Below the pieces are notes generated by a model. The model had not been told where the DNA came from, did not search any database, and saw nothing but the letters and a program-made list of their open reading frames with translations. A stretch of 64,000 nt of DNA from contig NMRA01000874.1 of NCBI GenBank assembly GCA_002633005.1, forward strand, positions 47,913-111,912. The letters run 5' to 3'. The stretch is from Phoronis australis. Its lineage: Eukaryota > Animalia > Phoronida. The position numbers were made by a program, and so were the translations under genes. Below are positions 25,496 through 41,191 of the stretch, one piece after another. Numbering within the stretch: position 1 is the first letter of the stretch; each line of letters starts with the position of its first letter.

Positions 25496-28400
25496 TCCGA
25501 ATGTGTTTACATGCCGAGGTCATTTGGTATATCGAGAAACCCTCTTACGATCCGATGTACGGATAACGCCAGTTTGCACGGGCACTTGTCAGACAGTTCA
25601 ATAGGTCCAGTGAAGACGATGACCCTGGGGATTACTCTGCAAATCATAGAAGCCACGTTTTTAGGTGAACACGTGCAGGCATTCTTATCGCATGCTTTGT
25701 GCTGCTGTTCTCCGCAACAGTGAGTGTTCCAGCGTCTGCTGGGTAGCGACTGTAGAAAAACGATGGATTTCCATCGTAAAGTGACACCTTGCATAAGTAA
25801 TTAAATATTTTTTATTCATTGGGAGTTGCTTGGGGATAGTTTGTCGAACTTAGCATAGGGTTAAAACGGAATTTGATATGTTCATTGCAAGCATAGAAGG
25901 ATAGTAAATTGGTAAACAGAGCTGCCGTGAATACCAGCATCATAGTAACTCAACAAAGGTTCGCGATACATGTATAACAATGCAGGAACACGGGTAAACG
26001 ACTCTTTTGTACCCTATGCACAATTTTGTATTGTCCACGAAAAAGTGTCCAGTTGACCTGTTATACGTTATAACCACGAAAACATGCTAGGCGCTGGGCT
26101 GTTAACTGGCGTATCAGGCACAGTAGACAAATTCCGCCTCCAAAACATACACTACTCTTACGGCTAGTAATGAATGGATTGACAGGCACGCAGTTGGCGA
26201 TAGCAATGCTTAAAGGGACATTGATAAATAACTCTGAAATGAGCTCTAATGCTGTCAATTCTTGCAGTGGTATTAGATCCTGTAATTTGAATTCACGTAG
26301 AATCCACGTCGGTATCCCGTGGTTGTTTTTTCGAAAAGACTCACAACATCACTCAATTGTTTTTACCACTATGACGTAATGCAAAGATTTCTAATCTACC
26401 AACTGTAATCCATATGGTCAACTACGTCATTCTAAGTACTTGGCACGTGCTGTAATTATTACGTAATAAAAGTGACCACTTTGGTTACAGTCGGATGGAT
26501 GAGGCCGTATACCATCACCCTATGCGGTCCTCGTTCAGAGTCGCTGCGTGAGGTCGCAGACAGAGGTCACTTAAACGAAGGCCTTTTGACAATGTCTTTG
26601 GGGACTGGTCGGCAGCTGTCGAAAACTTCAAGCGTGTATTCAGGTTATCCTCAGAAAGTTTTTCCATGGCTTCTATTAACCAACCCGACATCTACAGCCC
26701 GCTAAAATGCATATTATTTATTATAATGCCGTTTATTGGCCCCATGCGTTGAAGTTGTATGGCTTTGCCACCTGTGGTCTCTTGTTCCAGCGTGCTATGC
26801 AATCATTAATCATAGGCTATTTGTCGTGAATCGGTCTACTTACTAAACAAACGTCGGTGACAAAAATCGTTAGTAAATCATAGTTCATTGTATATTCAAG
26901 AACAACAGCCGTCAGTGAGGTCTAATAGACGTATAACTTGTTTGTGCCCCGTAACACCAACATTGCCTGTTTATTTGTAATAAACATCGACACTGACTGT
27001 TTACTGCATTCACACCTGAGACATTTAACATTTCTGATGACTTTAATAGATGTAACTTGAACAATTTCCACACCTTTCTGGGAATGTATTGCACAAAATC
27101 AAATAAAAGAGTCGAATAAACAACCGTCAGTTGCGTGTATTTTCGATAAACGAATGGAACTTAACATTTGAAGGACGACCACCGGATTGTTTAACTGAAA
27201 TGTGCTTGACACACCAGCGTTTGTATAAGACTCTATTGAGGTGTTTTCCACTGCCATTGTTATCGACTGTTTGTTAGATCCAGTGCCTCTAATCACCAAT
27301 AGCACTTCGACCTTTCCCCGGAGAGTACTTCACAAGCATCTGCGCCTCCTGAGGATTAAATGCACCGAATAACCCCAGCCATTATCATTGATATCTTGTA
27401 TATGAAAATGGTTTATCCAGCACGGATGCTGTTAGGTTCTCGGTATAGATAAAATCCTTTGATATTGTTGACGGACAATGGGGTTGTGGCATTAGGATCG
27501 CTCGCATTCCAGTAAATCGGCTTCAATCTTCCAATGCAATCATAATGAACCAATGTGGCATTAAGCGGGGATATTTGCCTGTTGCTTGAACAAATGGAGG
27601 TGTAATGAAACAATAGTTCTTCCACCGCTTATTGTTTATAGAACTGAAGCAGGTCAGTTCAAAACTTAACTGATTAGTGAAACTGGTATATCCCACTTCA
27701 CTTCAATTAAAAAATTATAGACTGAATTTATCAGAGAACTATTCAGTCAATATTTATACCAAAATGAGGCTGTATCAACAATACATCATTTTTTCAAAAT
27801 AAGTTCATGTAGAGATATAGTTATGTTTCCTACATTTTGTCGGTGTGCTATAAAATGAATAGCAAGACGAATGACTTAAGATTTCACTTTCTATGAATTT
27901 GTGAAAACGCAAATTCCTTCAGAATCAGACTTTACAAAAAAGTTTCTATTCTATTCAGTTAAAATTCGATTGATTAAATTCTTTTCATGTTTTAAAGTTG
28001 TGAAAGGACAAACGCGTGTTAAGGGCGTTGTCGATGAGGGAATCACGTGAGGAACATCCCAAATATGGTCATGTTGCGTACTATGTCCATGGTTATTGTC
28101 TTTCCCGAAACTGTTGCCACACGAGTGCTGTGTTCTTTGCACAAGTATTCGATGACGTCATGTGTTCAACGCTTGTCAGTTCGTTCATCTGGCTCAGATT
28201 CAAATTTGTCTTTATAGGAACACCAGTCCCAGAGCACTCGTACTCCTCGATAACAATAAAGTGCACGGACAACTACTGCGGTTTGTATTGTTACTTGTGT
28301 TTTTTTCAAAGGTTCAAGATGTCGTAGGAAGGCCGAAGCACCATACGACATATTTCGATCTGAAAATTTGACGCTTTTTGAAGCATTAAATGGAATTTTG

Positions 28401-31400
28401 TTTAAAAAGCGAACCAATTTACCTAGTGTTGCACGATATATTGCATCGCTGAATTAAAATTTCAAAATTATTAAAAACCACGCATATGTCAAAAGCTGAC
28501 GTGCCCGGTATTCGTCTCAAAGTCCGGCGTTTTATAAAGTTATCATGTTCTACAGTTGAGTAGTAAAATACATAAAATTTTAAATTAATGATACATTTTT
28601 AATACTGAAATCAGTGGCCACCTGTTTAGAGGTGAATTGCTGTACACATCACGATGTCAAAATTGTTCCCTTGAATGCACACGTGATATTATCATTGTCG
28701 AGGTTTTCAGTGCAGACTCAACCGTGCATGTAATGAGGAAAACACCTCGAATGTACATGCAGCGACCTAAACGTACAGTACTCAGTACATATTGAATCAT
28801 TTATCATAACCAAATGTATCCATCAGAGGGGTGCCGCTGAAGCCCCAAATTGTTGGCGACCAAAGGACGATGTATAACCTGGGGGCACTTGAATGGGGAG
28901 GCAAACGCTAAATTGAAATGTTTCCACCTGTTAGAGCGTCCCCGTGGCTACGCCAGTGATTATGGTCGTGTCTGTTTAATTACATGCAGTGAAAAACAAG
29001 TATTATAGCGTGTGTAACACTTTTTGAAAAAAATATAGTTATCGGTTTGGATATCAAACTCGGGGATGACGTAACGCGTTTCGGTGGAAATTGCTTCTCC
29101 GAGTTCATTTCCGCCTTTTAAGGGTTTCACCAGCTTTGACTGACAATCCAATACGATGAAATGTTTTTCAGTTTCAATATTTCTCTATTGCCTGCTGACT
29201 ACTTTTTGGTTCATGAAAAATTTCACTGCAAAACAGTACACTATCCTTATTAACAACATAACAGTTGCCTTCAACCGTTACATGCGCGCATTCGCTACAA
29301 CGCTATAAGGTCTGGTTGGATGAGCTTGCGCGTAAAAATTGACTGTGACGATCTCACTTCTCAGAACATTACTCCTAAAAGGAAATAGAGTGACACGCGA
29401 CGGAATTCCTTCTGGTATGAGTACTGTGAAAAGGCATTTTGTTTTAACACGCACTTGTTTTCAACTTAGGTAATTCAATTAATAAACTAGTGGCACAAAA
29501 TCGTAAAATTTTACACCACGAAAACTGGAAATAAAAAGCTGGAAAGATGGCTACATGTCGTGTTCTAGCGTCTGAAGCGACTTTTTCCTCTTGCGCACTT
29601 GTACTTTCAAAGCAAGTCATCTGTCACTTGGACGAGTTGAATTCCCTTTCGTAAAACACCTGCAACACCCCCTGGCGGCCTCACTGTCTGCGGCTGAACT
29701 AACCCGCCGTGGCAAGCAGACTCTATGAGCTTCATCAGAAGCACTAACGAGCCGACAGTTTTTCTCAAGCCTAACAAATATTTCTAATCAGGGTAAAGAA
29801 CAAGATGAGAGCGGTTTTGCAACCGTAAGTTTTCTACACCAAAAGTTGTTTTTTTACAGAAAACGCGGGTTTGTCATTGTCCTTTTTAATGACAGCTTGT
29901 ACATCTCACTTTCGCAAACGTGACTACCAAGGTCGATGGCATGTTCTAGATTTCGGGATGCTTCTCGTACCGAATAAATGCACTTGTGGGAGAGGCCATA
30001 AATAAATCTCCCTCGGGTCGGGTGATTAAGTTCGCATTATGTCTAGTGCCGAATTACCCACTTGACGCGTTTGGGAAGAGCAGACGAGAGCTGGTCATCA
30101 GATTGATCTTTTATAGCTCCATTACATACAAACTTGTAGTTCACAGTCGAAGCATTCCAAACAGATACACAGCACATGCTATTCATAAATACTACGTCAT
30201 GGGTTGGCAGATTTGTACCCGTTGACCCCAGCAATAGGAATTCTTGTGGATTGGTTCTGGGTCATGCGCAGGTATATAAATAAGGACGTGAAACAAAAAT
30301 AACAATACATAACAATGCTTCGTTTTTGTGGCCATGTACTAGGTATGCATGAATTGATGTTTTTGCATTTTAAGATACCCGACGTATAGTCACTAGTAGT
30401 ACTATCACATAGTACTATCACTGATATCGACGGCCAATGGCACTGCTCATTAGGGGCATTGCTCATTAGGCCCCTATAGTCCAGGTACCGGCCAGCAATT
30501 CTATTTTGTCAATATTCACAGTATTGCATACTGAAGTGGATTACACTTCAACGATAAAAATAAGCCAAATCAACACAGCTTCATAAAGTACACATGCACT
30601 CCGACAAAATTTTATCACACGACAACTAAGTACGCTTGTTGTGAGAAAACCCGTTCTGTTGCAGTCATGAGGAAATTGGCTAGCGATATTTTAACTGAAA
30701 ATTGGTAACGCCTTAGATGATGTAAGGTTACGTGTACTCCCTGTTGTCTTCTTCTTGAACTATCTTAGTAACCAGCGATTGTCATTTCATAAAAGTATAT
30801 TATATTTTCTGAAATTAGGAATCTTATATCTAATCATGTCATTCATAACACTGCGTCATTCGCGTGGTCACGTGACCATGCGTTTCTAGCAAAAATGTCG
30901 TTTTTGAACGGTACATTGATAGGCAAATAGTCCTTTCACCAGCATTCTTCTCCAAGTTCCAGACGCGCATCGCCTGGGCTGACAAAAGCCCTCCCCCCAA
31001 ATAGTTAGCTATGTGAGTTTCTCTGCTTCAATCTCCCTATAGTATAGGCTTCCATGGCAACAGTTTCGATTTATCAGTGGAGTGAACCGGTCATTGCACT
31101 CGTTTATTGCAGTGCGTTTTGTTCAGGACTCAGTTCGTGTGAACTGGAAACTAGATTCTAAATGTGCGAGAAATGCCCATGGAGGCGGCTGTCGTCTACG
31201 TCACCAATCAATTAATTCGTTTGTTTGTCCGGGACTAGGGCGGTTAATGAGTACTCTGCTGTTAGTTTCAAACAATCACGTTCAGAGTTTACACTAGTAT
31301 ATGTCTACTGTCTAAATGTCTCTGTTGTATCATCCAGAGAAAATTAACGTTCTCTACTAATTTGATTACGAAATACTTTAAATCTTGAGCGTTGTTGCGA

Positions 31401-32165
31401 ACTATATTTGTGTCATTAGAGTCCATTTGCAGTGTGTTTTGGCATTTTTTTATTCGCACGTATTAAAGGTCGTTCTAAAATCCAAAACATAATGCTTTTA
31501 ACTCCAAGGTGACAACTTTATGAAACCACTATGTACGCGCTTTAGGGTAAGGCGATGTTCACCTCTCACGTACTAGGAAGCCGAGGGGGCATCCAGTAAA
31601 AGTGGTTACTTACATTTAATGTTTACCCCCTAGAATTAAATCAAATATCACAGTTCAGTAAGGCTTCGCACAGTAAACAGAGAGCACACAGGCTGAACAA
31701 TATCGCCTTGTGTAGGAAGCGTTCGCCAGTCAATCTACGCGTAACAAGAGAAGGCAATGAACAGAACGTCATCGTCTTACCAATCAGTTTGTTTGTTTTT
31801 TACTTGAAAAGTTCCACCGTTCATGATTGGTTAGATGATTATACTAAGGACAAGTAAACGGACGATGAATTACACGTCACTTAACTTGTGGGTGTCACGG
31901 GAGTCGTGCTTACACAACCTAACCTCGGTGTTGGAATTATTGTGTGTTTAGTGAAAGTGCTAAAACACAGCGCGTAACGGCAGCGCGAAAGCTCAGAAAA
32001 TGCATTATTTCCCACATGTTCGTCAAATTCGTTGATTGGGCGGTTCCGAGCAAATATCGTCAAAGGCAAACAAGTTATGAAACTTTGACGGAAATTTACA
32101 AATTTCTGTCGGCAATCACGAGGAAGCGATCGTTGAAAAGGAAAACTAACAACATTAAAACCAGT

Positions 32166-32563
32166 GCCCGATTTTCAAAACAATCCCAAATAGGTACTCA
32201 ACTATATCCCCTAACTTATACCACATTGTGGACTTGTAAATCACTTATCGTCATTTCTTAGGGTGTTTTAGTTTCATGACTAAGTCAATTTTAACTTTGA
32301 TGCCGACTGAAAATAAACTCTACGTTCAACTCTCGATATTATCGAAATAAATAGGAGACTTTTCATGCAACATCCCTTATTTAAGGACTTCCTCCCATTC
32401 GTTTTCATTGAAATTATCGCTCAATTTGATTAGAAAATATCACTAGTCAAAGAGGAGTGCATGATAAAATAAACATATTTGCGAGTAAACAAAGATGCAA
32501 ATACCCAAAAGATTTAAGGAACTTAACTGAGACCCTATTTGGGACTGTTCCATGCAACCGGGC
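32166..32563. mobile_element. MITE (Harbinger-like termini); related partial copy at ~23130-23489
   Basis: GCCCGATTTTCAAAACAATCCCAAATAGG ... CCTATTTGGGACTGTTCCATGCAACCGGGC; internal TATTTAAGGACT block shared with the 23.2-kb copy. Confidence 0.65.
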
Positions 32564-34715
32564 GGAGAATCTACCACTTGGCCGTGATAGCCTGTGTCAT
32601 ATACATTTAATTAACAGTAAGGCTAGCACTATCGTGAGTATGCTGTTTGAGTAAATGGACGCTAGCGCTTCTAGTGAGAGAAAGTGTCGCGACTCAAAGA
32701 GACTAATAATAATTTCAGTTCCTGTGTTTGATGCCTTTTCGCCAACACTACCGGCTCTAGAATATTCCAGAGTAGTTTACTGGCCATTCAGTAATCGTGA
32801 ATACCTTTGAATGCGATTTGCTGAACTGTATACCAACCACCAGCCTGTTGAATTGTTGCTAGCTCGTGATCACATCAGCTCGACATGAGCATGCCTAGAT
32901 TTTTTTTATTGAATAATCACATTTAATGATAATTTCCAAAACCACATCGTTATCAGCCAATTGGATCAGTACATAGGGTAACTGTTGTTTATCAATTTAT
33001 TTCCCCTGTAATTAAGCTACCTGGCTAAAATAATATTAGCGTTGTCAATTCCAACAGGAACAGGTGTATAATGCCACAAAACCGCTTTTGCTTGAGCTTT
33101 CTCCATTGTCTCACAGGGGGCACTACGTCATAGAACTCATGAAAGTTAATACTACAATTAGTATGGCACACAACAAAAACGATATCAAAAACGACACAGA
33201 CAAAGTTCGAAACTTAACCATATCAGACATTGGTTAAGATTTGTGGCTAAAGGAAGCATAAACGAATATCCAATCGCAAACTTTCGCTGTCTAGTATTCT
33301 ATTTGATCATAAATTGTTTAGATTTCTCAGGGCGCACAGACTCTTAATGTTGGTGCCATTTCTTGTGGCTGAATATTTAATTCACTGCAATCCACGCGCA
33401 TGTATTTTGAATTCGGCATTATCATTATTGCTAATAGCTGTAGTTCGCCCTGTTTAACTGACTGAAAACGAAAATCTAATTAGGCCTTTTACCTCCATAA
33501 AATCGTTCCCGCATTATTCCTTAGTACGTGATAGGATGCCATTTCCGTTACTGGCCCTAGTCAGTCAAAGGCAGTGTGTGCACGCGTCATCTTCGAATTC
33601 GCAATTTTAGGGTTGGCCAACTCTCAAAACTCTGAAGCGTTTTCTCAGTTGAGTCGCTGATGGTTCCAATGTTTCGGGTAACGAGACAGACTGCCTTGTA
33701 TTACGGTAAGGAGTGACATGAGACCGATTTTATTAGAGTATAAAAGTCCTAATTTAATTTGCATTTGTTTCAGACTCCGACAGAGGGCGTAATGCAGCTT
33801 TAAACGATACGGAAGAGCTCTGTTTAAATAGTTTCACATGGTCGCCGCGTTATTTGGGTGCACTGTAACCGCTCGCCATGTTTTGATACTCTAGCACATA
33901 CACCAATTATCGTGAAGTCAACAATACGAAGCGTCACGTGAGTGACTGATAGTTGACATCCAGATCCCAAACCAGGCCCAGTTTCCAGTTCGTGGAAAAC
34001 AGCACGTACCAACGGAGTTATAAATCGAATGCACGACACCATAGCTTTTAAAAAATTATCTCGAGTGCATGACATAAGTTAATTGATTACAGCTTTATCA
34101 ACAACATCAAAACGAATGTTAAGTATTTGCTTTGAAGTGTTTTGACCACAAGTCAGTTATCGGCACGTTAAGACTTACATCGCAATATCCTAATTATTTA
34201 TTCAAGGCAGTGGATTCGAAAATACAAGTTAGAAACAAGTACAGCTACCACGTACTTGGCAATTAGGACACTGCGCGTGCGCAATGCTGACTCTAATTTA
34301 CTGTTGTAAGTTCTCAATTGCGTCTCTTGGAATTCGCTTGATATTTGGCTCACCAATTGGAGGGAATTATTTAGTGACATACGCTGAAGACTCTGAATGA
34401 TGGTCCAACCCCACCTTTCGATTCTGATGTATAAAACAAGTTTGTTCTACTTATCAAATCAAACCTTGCTGAAATCCATGTATGAGATCAATACGTGGTT
34501 TGGATTTTTTCCTGAAAAATATTTTTTCAACCAGGTTTTTAGCAATAATCTCGTCTATCGATGTATAATATTCACTGATTCCATTTTGTTCGTCTATCAG
34601 AAATTTGTTTTCACACACCAAGGATGTTCATCTTTAATTTAAGATTGGGATAACACAAGTTTCCATTTCTTGTTGCAACTCCAGTTTTAAATAAATGTAA
34701 CATTATGCCGTTTTA

Positions 34716-35100
34716 TCATTTTTCTGGAAAAGTGCCGTTTGAAAGTACGCCCATCAGAAATTTACAGAATTCTATTGAAATTCCGTCCACACCTGGACTT
34801 TTACCGCTGTGCATATTTTTAACCGATTCGACAACTTCTTCTTCGGAAATATCTCTCTTAAATGGAAACCTGTCATAATTTTCTTCTACAGTTTGCATTT
34901 TTATGTAGCTCGCGACCTCATAATCAATTGCAAGATGTGACATCTTATGATTAGCGTTGAGCAACGAACAAAAATAGTCAGTCCATCCGTGGTCTGATAT
35001 ACTGCTGCTGAGATTTGGTTTATTTGATTCCATTCTGTCAACTGCCACAATGTTTTTGAATTATTTAATATACCTTCTTTAAAGCGACGTAAACCCCTTG
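34716..35100 (-). mobile_element. Degenerate LINE ORF2 relic (region just upstream of the RT core)
   Basis: DISEEEVVESVKNMHSGKSPGVDGISIEFCK matches the K-S/A-PG-x-DG-x-x-x-EF motif of non-LTR retrotransposons; boundaries approximate. Confidence 0.7.
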
Positions 35101-38100
35101 TTTCTGCCCCAAATTGATTTAGATCAAGATAAGTCACGACCGTTATAAAATCGACGTTGTCTAGGTTTTTTCTTATGAAAGACAGATGGTTCGATGTTTC
35201 TTTGGGCCAAATTCCTAAAATTTCAGATCACGGCGCGATCAGAAAATTTATGAGCTTGGTCTGGTGAAGTAATTAACCGTCAGTTCTTTCCAAACCCACA
35301 AACCACACCTATTTCGGCTAAGGACAATTTAAGACCGATTTCATTACCGTAAGTGGCCTACATCAAAACTTGTTTTTTGACAGAAAGCCACACGAGTTCA
35401 ATGCCGCTTGAAAATGAGTGTGGGTTGCCTCAGTGGAGCGAAGAGATTGCATGTCTCGGGGGGGGGGGGNGGGGGGGGGGGGGGTCACTGCCAAGGCAGG
35501 AGGCGAATAGAGTTGAGCAACGTGTGGAGTATACATGTAGACGATCGACAGTGATTTTACTCAGTCTTTCAACTCGGATACTGAAAGTTCTAAAGTTTAA
35601 TAGAGCCTATGAGAGACATACTTGTCGTCGCCGTTTGTCTAGCTAATTCGGTATAGAAGTCTCATTTTTCAGAGTTTTTTTTTTAAATTTGCGGAGGTTT
35701 GACAACCTTCCTTACATGGAGGGAATTTCTTAAAATATTCGACTCCTCCCGTTTACACGAGGATGGCTGGTAACTGGGAATTCACAAATACACCGATCTC
35801 ACGTTTACTGTACACGTGCCTTACGTGTCCAGCATTTTTAAGATGGGTTAATCAGTAACAAAATTCAATAATAGAACTTCAAGTAAACACCTGCATACTA
35901 TTCACAGAACTTAAGTTTAGTAGGTATGCAGCCGACATGCGCACAGGCACTAAATTACAGAGCGATTGCAAACACTAAATAACAAAAAATTGTGATAAGC
36001 TTTTAATTATCCGAAACCGTGGCAGTAGGCGTGTTGTGGTCCAGGAAGTCATTTTAAACATTCGTTTCGTCGTTCTCCGGATTTGTATCGAAAAAACAGT
36101 ATGACTGATGACCCTCGGAGTGACCTTGAGGAAATACGCAACACATGTCTCGTTTTCTATGAATTAAAGCTGTTGAAACTTGAAAAAAAATTAAAGTCTG
36201 TTTAAGTCGTTTGCTAAGGAGAAATGCTTTTGCGGTATACCTGTCCTTATGAGTGGTAAAGCAATCAATGCGTATTACGTGCATTCTTGGGTTAAATGTG
36301 TACATTTGGAATGCATGTGTTAAATAACCTACTCGGAAAGCATAACCTTTGTGATTCCCCACACATTTTTGCGTTCATATAATTTTCGACCTCGTTTCAT
36401 GCGGAAATCTGTATGTTTTATGATTCTGTCTCATATTATTTCGGGTTTCGCAGACGGCTTTACCATTTTATGAAAGAAGATTTTTTTAGTTCCAGCAGCA
36501 CTAATCACAAATCGAAAGAGGACTCGTTATTTCACTTTCGAAACCCATGTACCAGGACCAAGGGCGGATCCAGGATTTTGAGTTGGGGGGACCAGGGCAG
36601 AGTATTAGCTAGGATTTTGTCCGTCAGACATTCACACCCCCGAACTACCAAATGGCCCCCTCTAAATCCGCCATTGAGGACCCATTCGATTTGAAAGTAG
36701 TGTTTTCGACCATTAGTAATCGGATGACACTAGTCATAGACCACTAACAGTCTAATGATTCAACTTGTCTATTGATTTTTGTTCGCCCCGCGTTTTTGCT
36801 TTCAATTAGTCATGCTAACTATTTCAAATAAAGAAAATATTCTAGCACGTGTTTCTTTTGACTACGGACGCCCATAGCCAGACTACGTAAGAAAGCGTGG
36901 GTAACTGATTCTTGTGGTAAAAGGCTCCCTTTAAAAATGCTTCACACAACCTCTGTGACAGAACGTCCAATTATACGTACATGTGTAAACTGTGGTTAAA
37001 CAATTTGTTTTATTGCCATAAATTTTTATTTCAAAAATTGTATAATATAATTAGGGAACATAAGACGTACTTCGTATTTAACGACAAGTTCATCGATCTT
37101 TTGATACGTGGTTGCTATTTTTACACACTTTAAACTTCTTTTGCTTTGAATTAGCAGAAAATTTCGTACCAGGATAAGAATAATCAATTACCTCTAAACG
37201 TACTAAGATAATCAATACTTAGAAATAAAATCGTTGCTATTATAGTGACTGCAACAAATTTAAATATTGAGTGCGGCATGAAATGAAGTGTTTAAAGGGG
37301 ATACGCAAGACCTGCAGTTGGAAAAGGATGGGCACGGCCATGCAAACAGTCGTGTGTTTTTACTAGGCCATCAGAAGTCATCATTCCATTGTGTGTCCAA
37401 TATTTTGTCATCGTCTGCGTGATCGCTGTTACATAAACGGGTGTATGCGTTCCGTCTACTTCGCAAGAAAATGTATTGTGGCACGTCGCAATGGGTTGAA
37501 AGGGTTGTCGAGAAATAACAAATTCTAATGGAACAGAAACAGACGAACCCCCAAACAGTCACCTCTCATATTTGGTGACTTTATTTACGGGTGTTTTGTA
37601 GATAAATTCACCATCAAAGGGAAAGCATATTCTCATTAAAACCGTTTTCACAACATTGCAGACATGCTTAACCACAAACATAGACACATGTGGAATGATT
37701 TAAATATAGATAGTAAATGGTTTCACAACTGAAGTGTGACGAACAACCTGTGATGACCGTGTCATGACTCGTACATACGTGATGACAGTGTCGTCATGGT
37801 AACATAAAACAATGGAATGGCACTACATTACCTCAGCTTTAAAAATTGGAAAAATATTCGTAAATAACAAAAATTTCGAATACTACGAGTGTCACTCCGT
37901 TCTATTTTAAGTTATTAGCACGCGGTCTCGGCACGCGGTTTCCATAAACAAACCAGTCAATAACTCAAGAAAAATGTTACAAGAAAAATATAGTAGAATG
38001 CGAGATCTGGTTTTAACTGAGAAGAAACCGAAATTATGCTGCACAATATGTTTTATATGGGATATCACCGTGTGAAAGTATTTTCAAATATGGGAGATCA

Positions 38101-41100
38101 TATTGTTGCTTTGATCGATGCCATACCTCATGTATTGTTTCATTAACATGTCGTAATATGGTTCAGTGGCAAGGAACGCTCATTACATTAGTTCATGCGC
38201 ATGCTCATTTCTTGGATTTGTAGTTAAACTTTGATAAAAAACTTGCCTCATTATCATTCAACTAGAAACTGAATGGGTACATTCTAATCAGAACGCGATG
38301 ATCTCTACCAGGTGAGAGACTGGTCTCCGCAGGTGGCGTGAAGGCGTGCAACGTACAGTGCCACAAACATTTTACGCGATGATCAGTGCCACCTATCACC
38401 AACTGCGGACGAAATAACAACAACAATTATGTTATATACCAATAACAAAAACAGCGGCACCTGCCAACGTGTACCCTTGTCGTATAACACGTATACCGTC
38501 GTAAAGTCAACATTTCACATGAAGATGTCCTTATTTATATGTATCTGGCGTTTCTATTACACTGAAACTGAGTCTAAATTGTTCCAGGGACAAGTTGTTC
38601 CAGTTGTTACCGCGGACGCACTTTGACACGTCTGCTCCGGCAGATGTTAAGTTCCTCGTTGAGACACAGGTCAGAGTGCAGACGGAATGCGGACAAAACA
38701 TGAGAAAATCGAAAACAACTTTCGCCCCCTAGTGCCTGTGCGACGTGAATGGTAAATACTAATTTAATTCAAAAATACACTGGGGGATTCATCTCTAAAT
38801 AAAACGAACTGTAGGTACCGATAGGTCACACAAGGCACCCTTTTACTGAAGAGCTTTTCATTTGCCTGTCACGGTTTCATGGCTTAGTTCACTTTCTCAT
38901 TTATCTCCCCACCTCCATCTATCCTTCCTACTTCTGTCTGTTACTATACCCACGCTGTCTTCATGTACGCATTATGGACGCTGCATATCAAACAGAGGCT
39001 TGAAATTTATCAGAGCAAGAGCTCTGGCAAAACAGAAACACGCGATAACGCAATATTCTTGTACTGTCCTAAATGTTGGCGTAGGCGCGTGCGTTTAGGT
39101 GCATCATAAGGAACGCATTTGCATTCTTGGTCATTACCCGCCGATTTGCACGAAATTAAACATCTACCTTATTAGTTGACGCATTTCTATACAACTTGCG
39201 TGAATTGTGAGTTTTGCATGCAAATGTCTGGTTGCTATATTGAACCGTTAGATGACGTTCAGTTGTGTGTTGCAACTGTGATTCAGAAACGAAGTACATA
39301 AATTGAAAACGCCATTACTTATTGCTTTTGAGAAATAGTGCCAAATAGGAGACTATCAGTACCAAAGAAATCATTCTTGCTTCCATATTTCAAAAAATAT
39401 TCAAATATGAGAAATAGCGTTCGGTCAAAATGGCTTGGAGCAACCTGTAAATAGCGATCTAATACACCACAAACAATATTTGCACGAACCCAGACATCGA
39501 AGGAAAAGCTTCATATTCGGCTATTGGATCGTCAGCCACAATACCATGTCAGTCTCATGTTGAAACCAAGATGGTTCGAGTACTTCAACTTGGACATACA
39601 CTACGCACAATCACCTGAACGTTACCCGTGAACCGTCGGTGCAGATGAAAATAGCTTGACTGTTCAGACCCCTACTAATTTAGCATGTTTGTAACAAAAA
39701 ATGTAACGGAGGTTATTTATGGGTCTTGCGTGTGTAAACTTGACAGTAAACAAATTTTAAGTTTTTGCGTCGAAAGAGTTCACTGTGTGGCTAACCAAGG
39801 TTTATAGCAATCTCAACTTGATTATGCAACTACACAGCTATTGAGATAATTAAGGTCATATTCACGTTAACAAAATGTCACTCCTAAGAATGTGCAAAAT
39901 ATTGACAACAGTCTCGCTTACTCCGAGACTTCAGTGAGCGAATTCCAACGGCGCTCAAAAACTATGTTGAAACGAATGACACACCGCGTGAGTATGACAG
40001 TTCAAGGGACCGTCTCATAAAAAATTGTCGAGTTTGTAAATCTGTGTGTCCGGCGTCTGCAACAGTTGTCCAATGAACAGCTTTCTCGCTACGGATACCC
40101 TCATCGTCCATGTTTATAGTTAGTAAGCACGTGACTGTTTTCTCTCAAAAAGGTTTTCATTTAGACAACTTATTGTCCTGTGTTCCCAACATAATTTAAA
40201 ATTGACTTTTAGGCTCGGAAGGTATTTTTATAAGTCTGGTCTAAAAATTATACCCAGCCTAGAAATCGCAGTCTTATTTTGACTAAGGGACAAGAGAAGA
40301 CCACTTTCATAATGCTAAGTGGTCCAAATCAAAAATTTTTGTCAGAAAGCACGGGTTCAATACCGCGTTCAACTAACCCATGAGAGAGAAATTCTCCAGT
40401 TTGTCACATCGAGCATACAGTACTCTTGTTGCTTAAGGAATGCTGAGCGGAAATTGTTCAAGTTTTCGGTTTTTGGCCCAGTTCCTCTGATTCCTGGTTC
40501 ACTCAGGATAATTGCCGACAAAAATGTGTTTTATTGTCTCTTAATGTAGTCCAACATCCTTGACGGTTGCAAATATAAACAAACTGAGGCAGGGTAACGA
40601 CCAGGGTGCACGCGCTCACCCTCTTGTGTTGAATTATAACAACGGCCATTAGCCGCGGTTAATCGGTTGTTTGTAGCTTTTAAAAAAGTTTCCGAACATG
40701 TTCAGTGACATGTAGTGTTTTTTTGAAATTTCCAGGGCACAGCCCAAAGCAATGAATCAAATTGTCAACGTTAGGACAAAAATAGGCTATTGCATCCGTT
40801 TGTATACATCTTTAAGTTAAATAAAATGTCGACCTGTTTTTTGTAACCACTGAACCAAGATAAGACAGGGCGTTCATGCATTTATCGTATTAAGTACTTT
40901 TTGACTGTTATAAAAAATTGAAAATTTCTCACGAAATCTCATGTAATATCGCAGTCCTAAAAGGCGTAATAAAAACTTTATTTGTTTAGTTTAAAACAAC
41001 CCAGCATGAATTAAAGTACACGAAATCACGATGACAATGGACATTATCTATTTTGGTGGCATTTGCGGTAACTCTTTTTCTACAACAGTTTTGTGCACAG

Positions 41101-41191
41101 TACACCTAATTTCACCTTTTTACACAGACCATTTCATCACTTGTACACAGGCGCGCACGTAAGTAAACACACACTTGCCCATCCACATTAA

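Noticed and set aside
36100-36160. Hammerhead-like CTGATGA...GAAA
   Set aside because: Stem II lacks the core-closing pair and stems I and III are too weak; likely chance.
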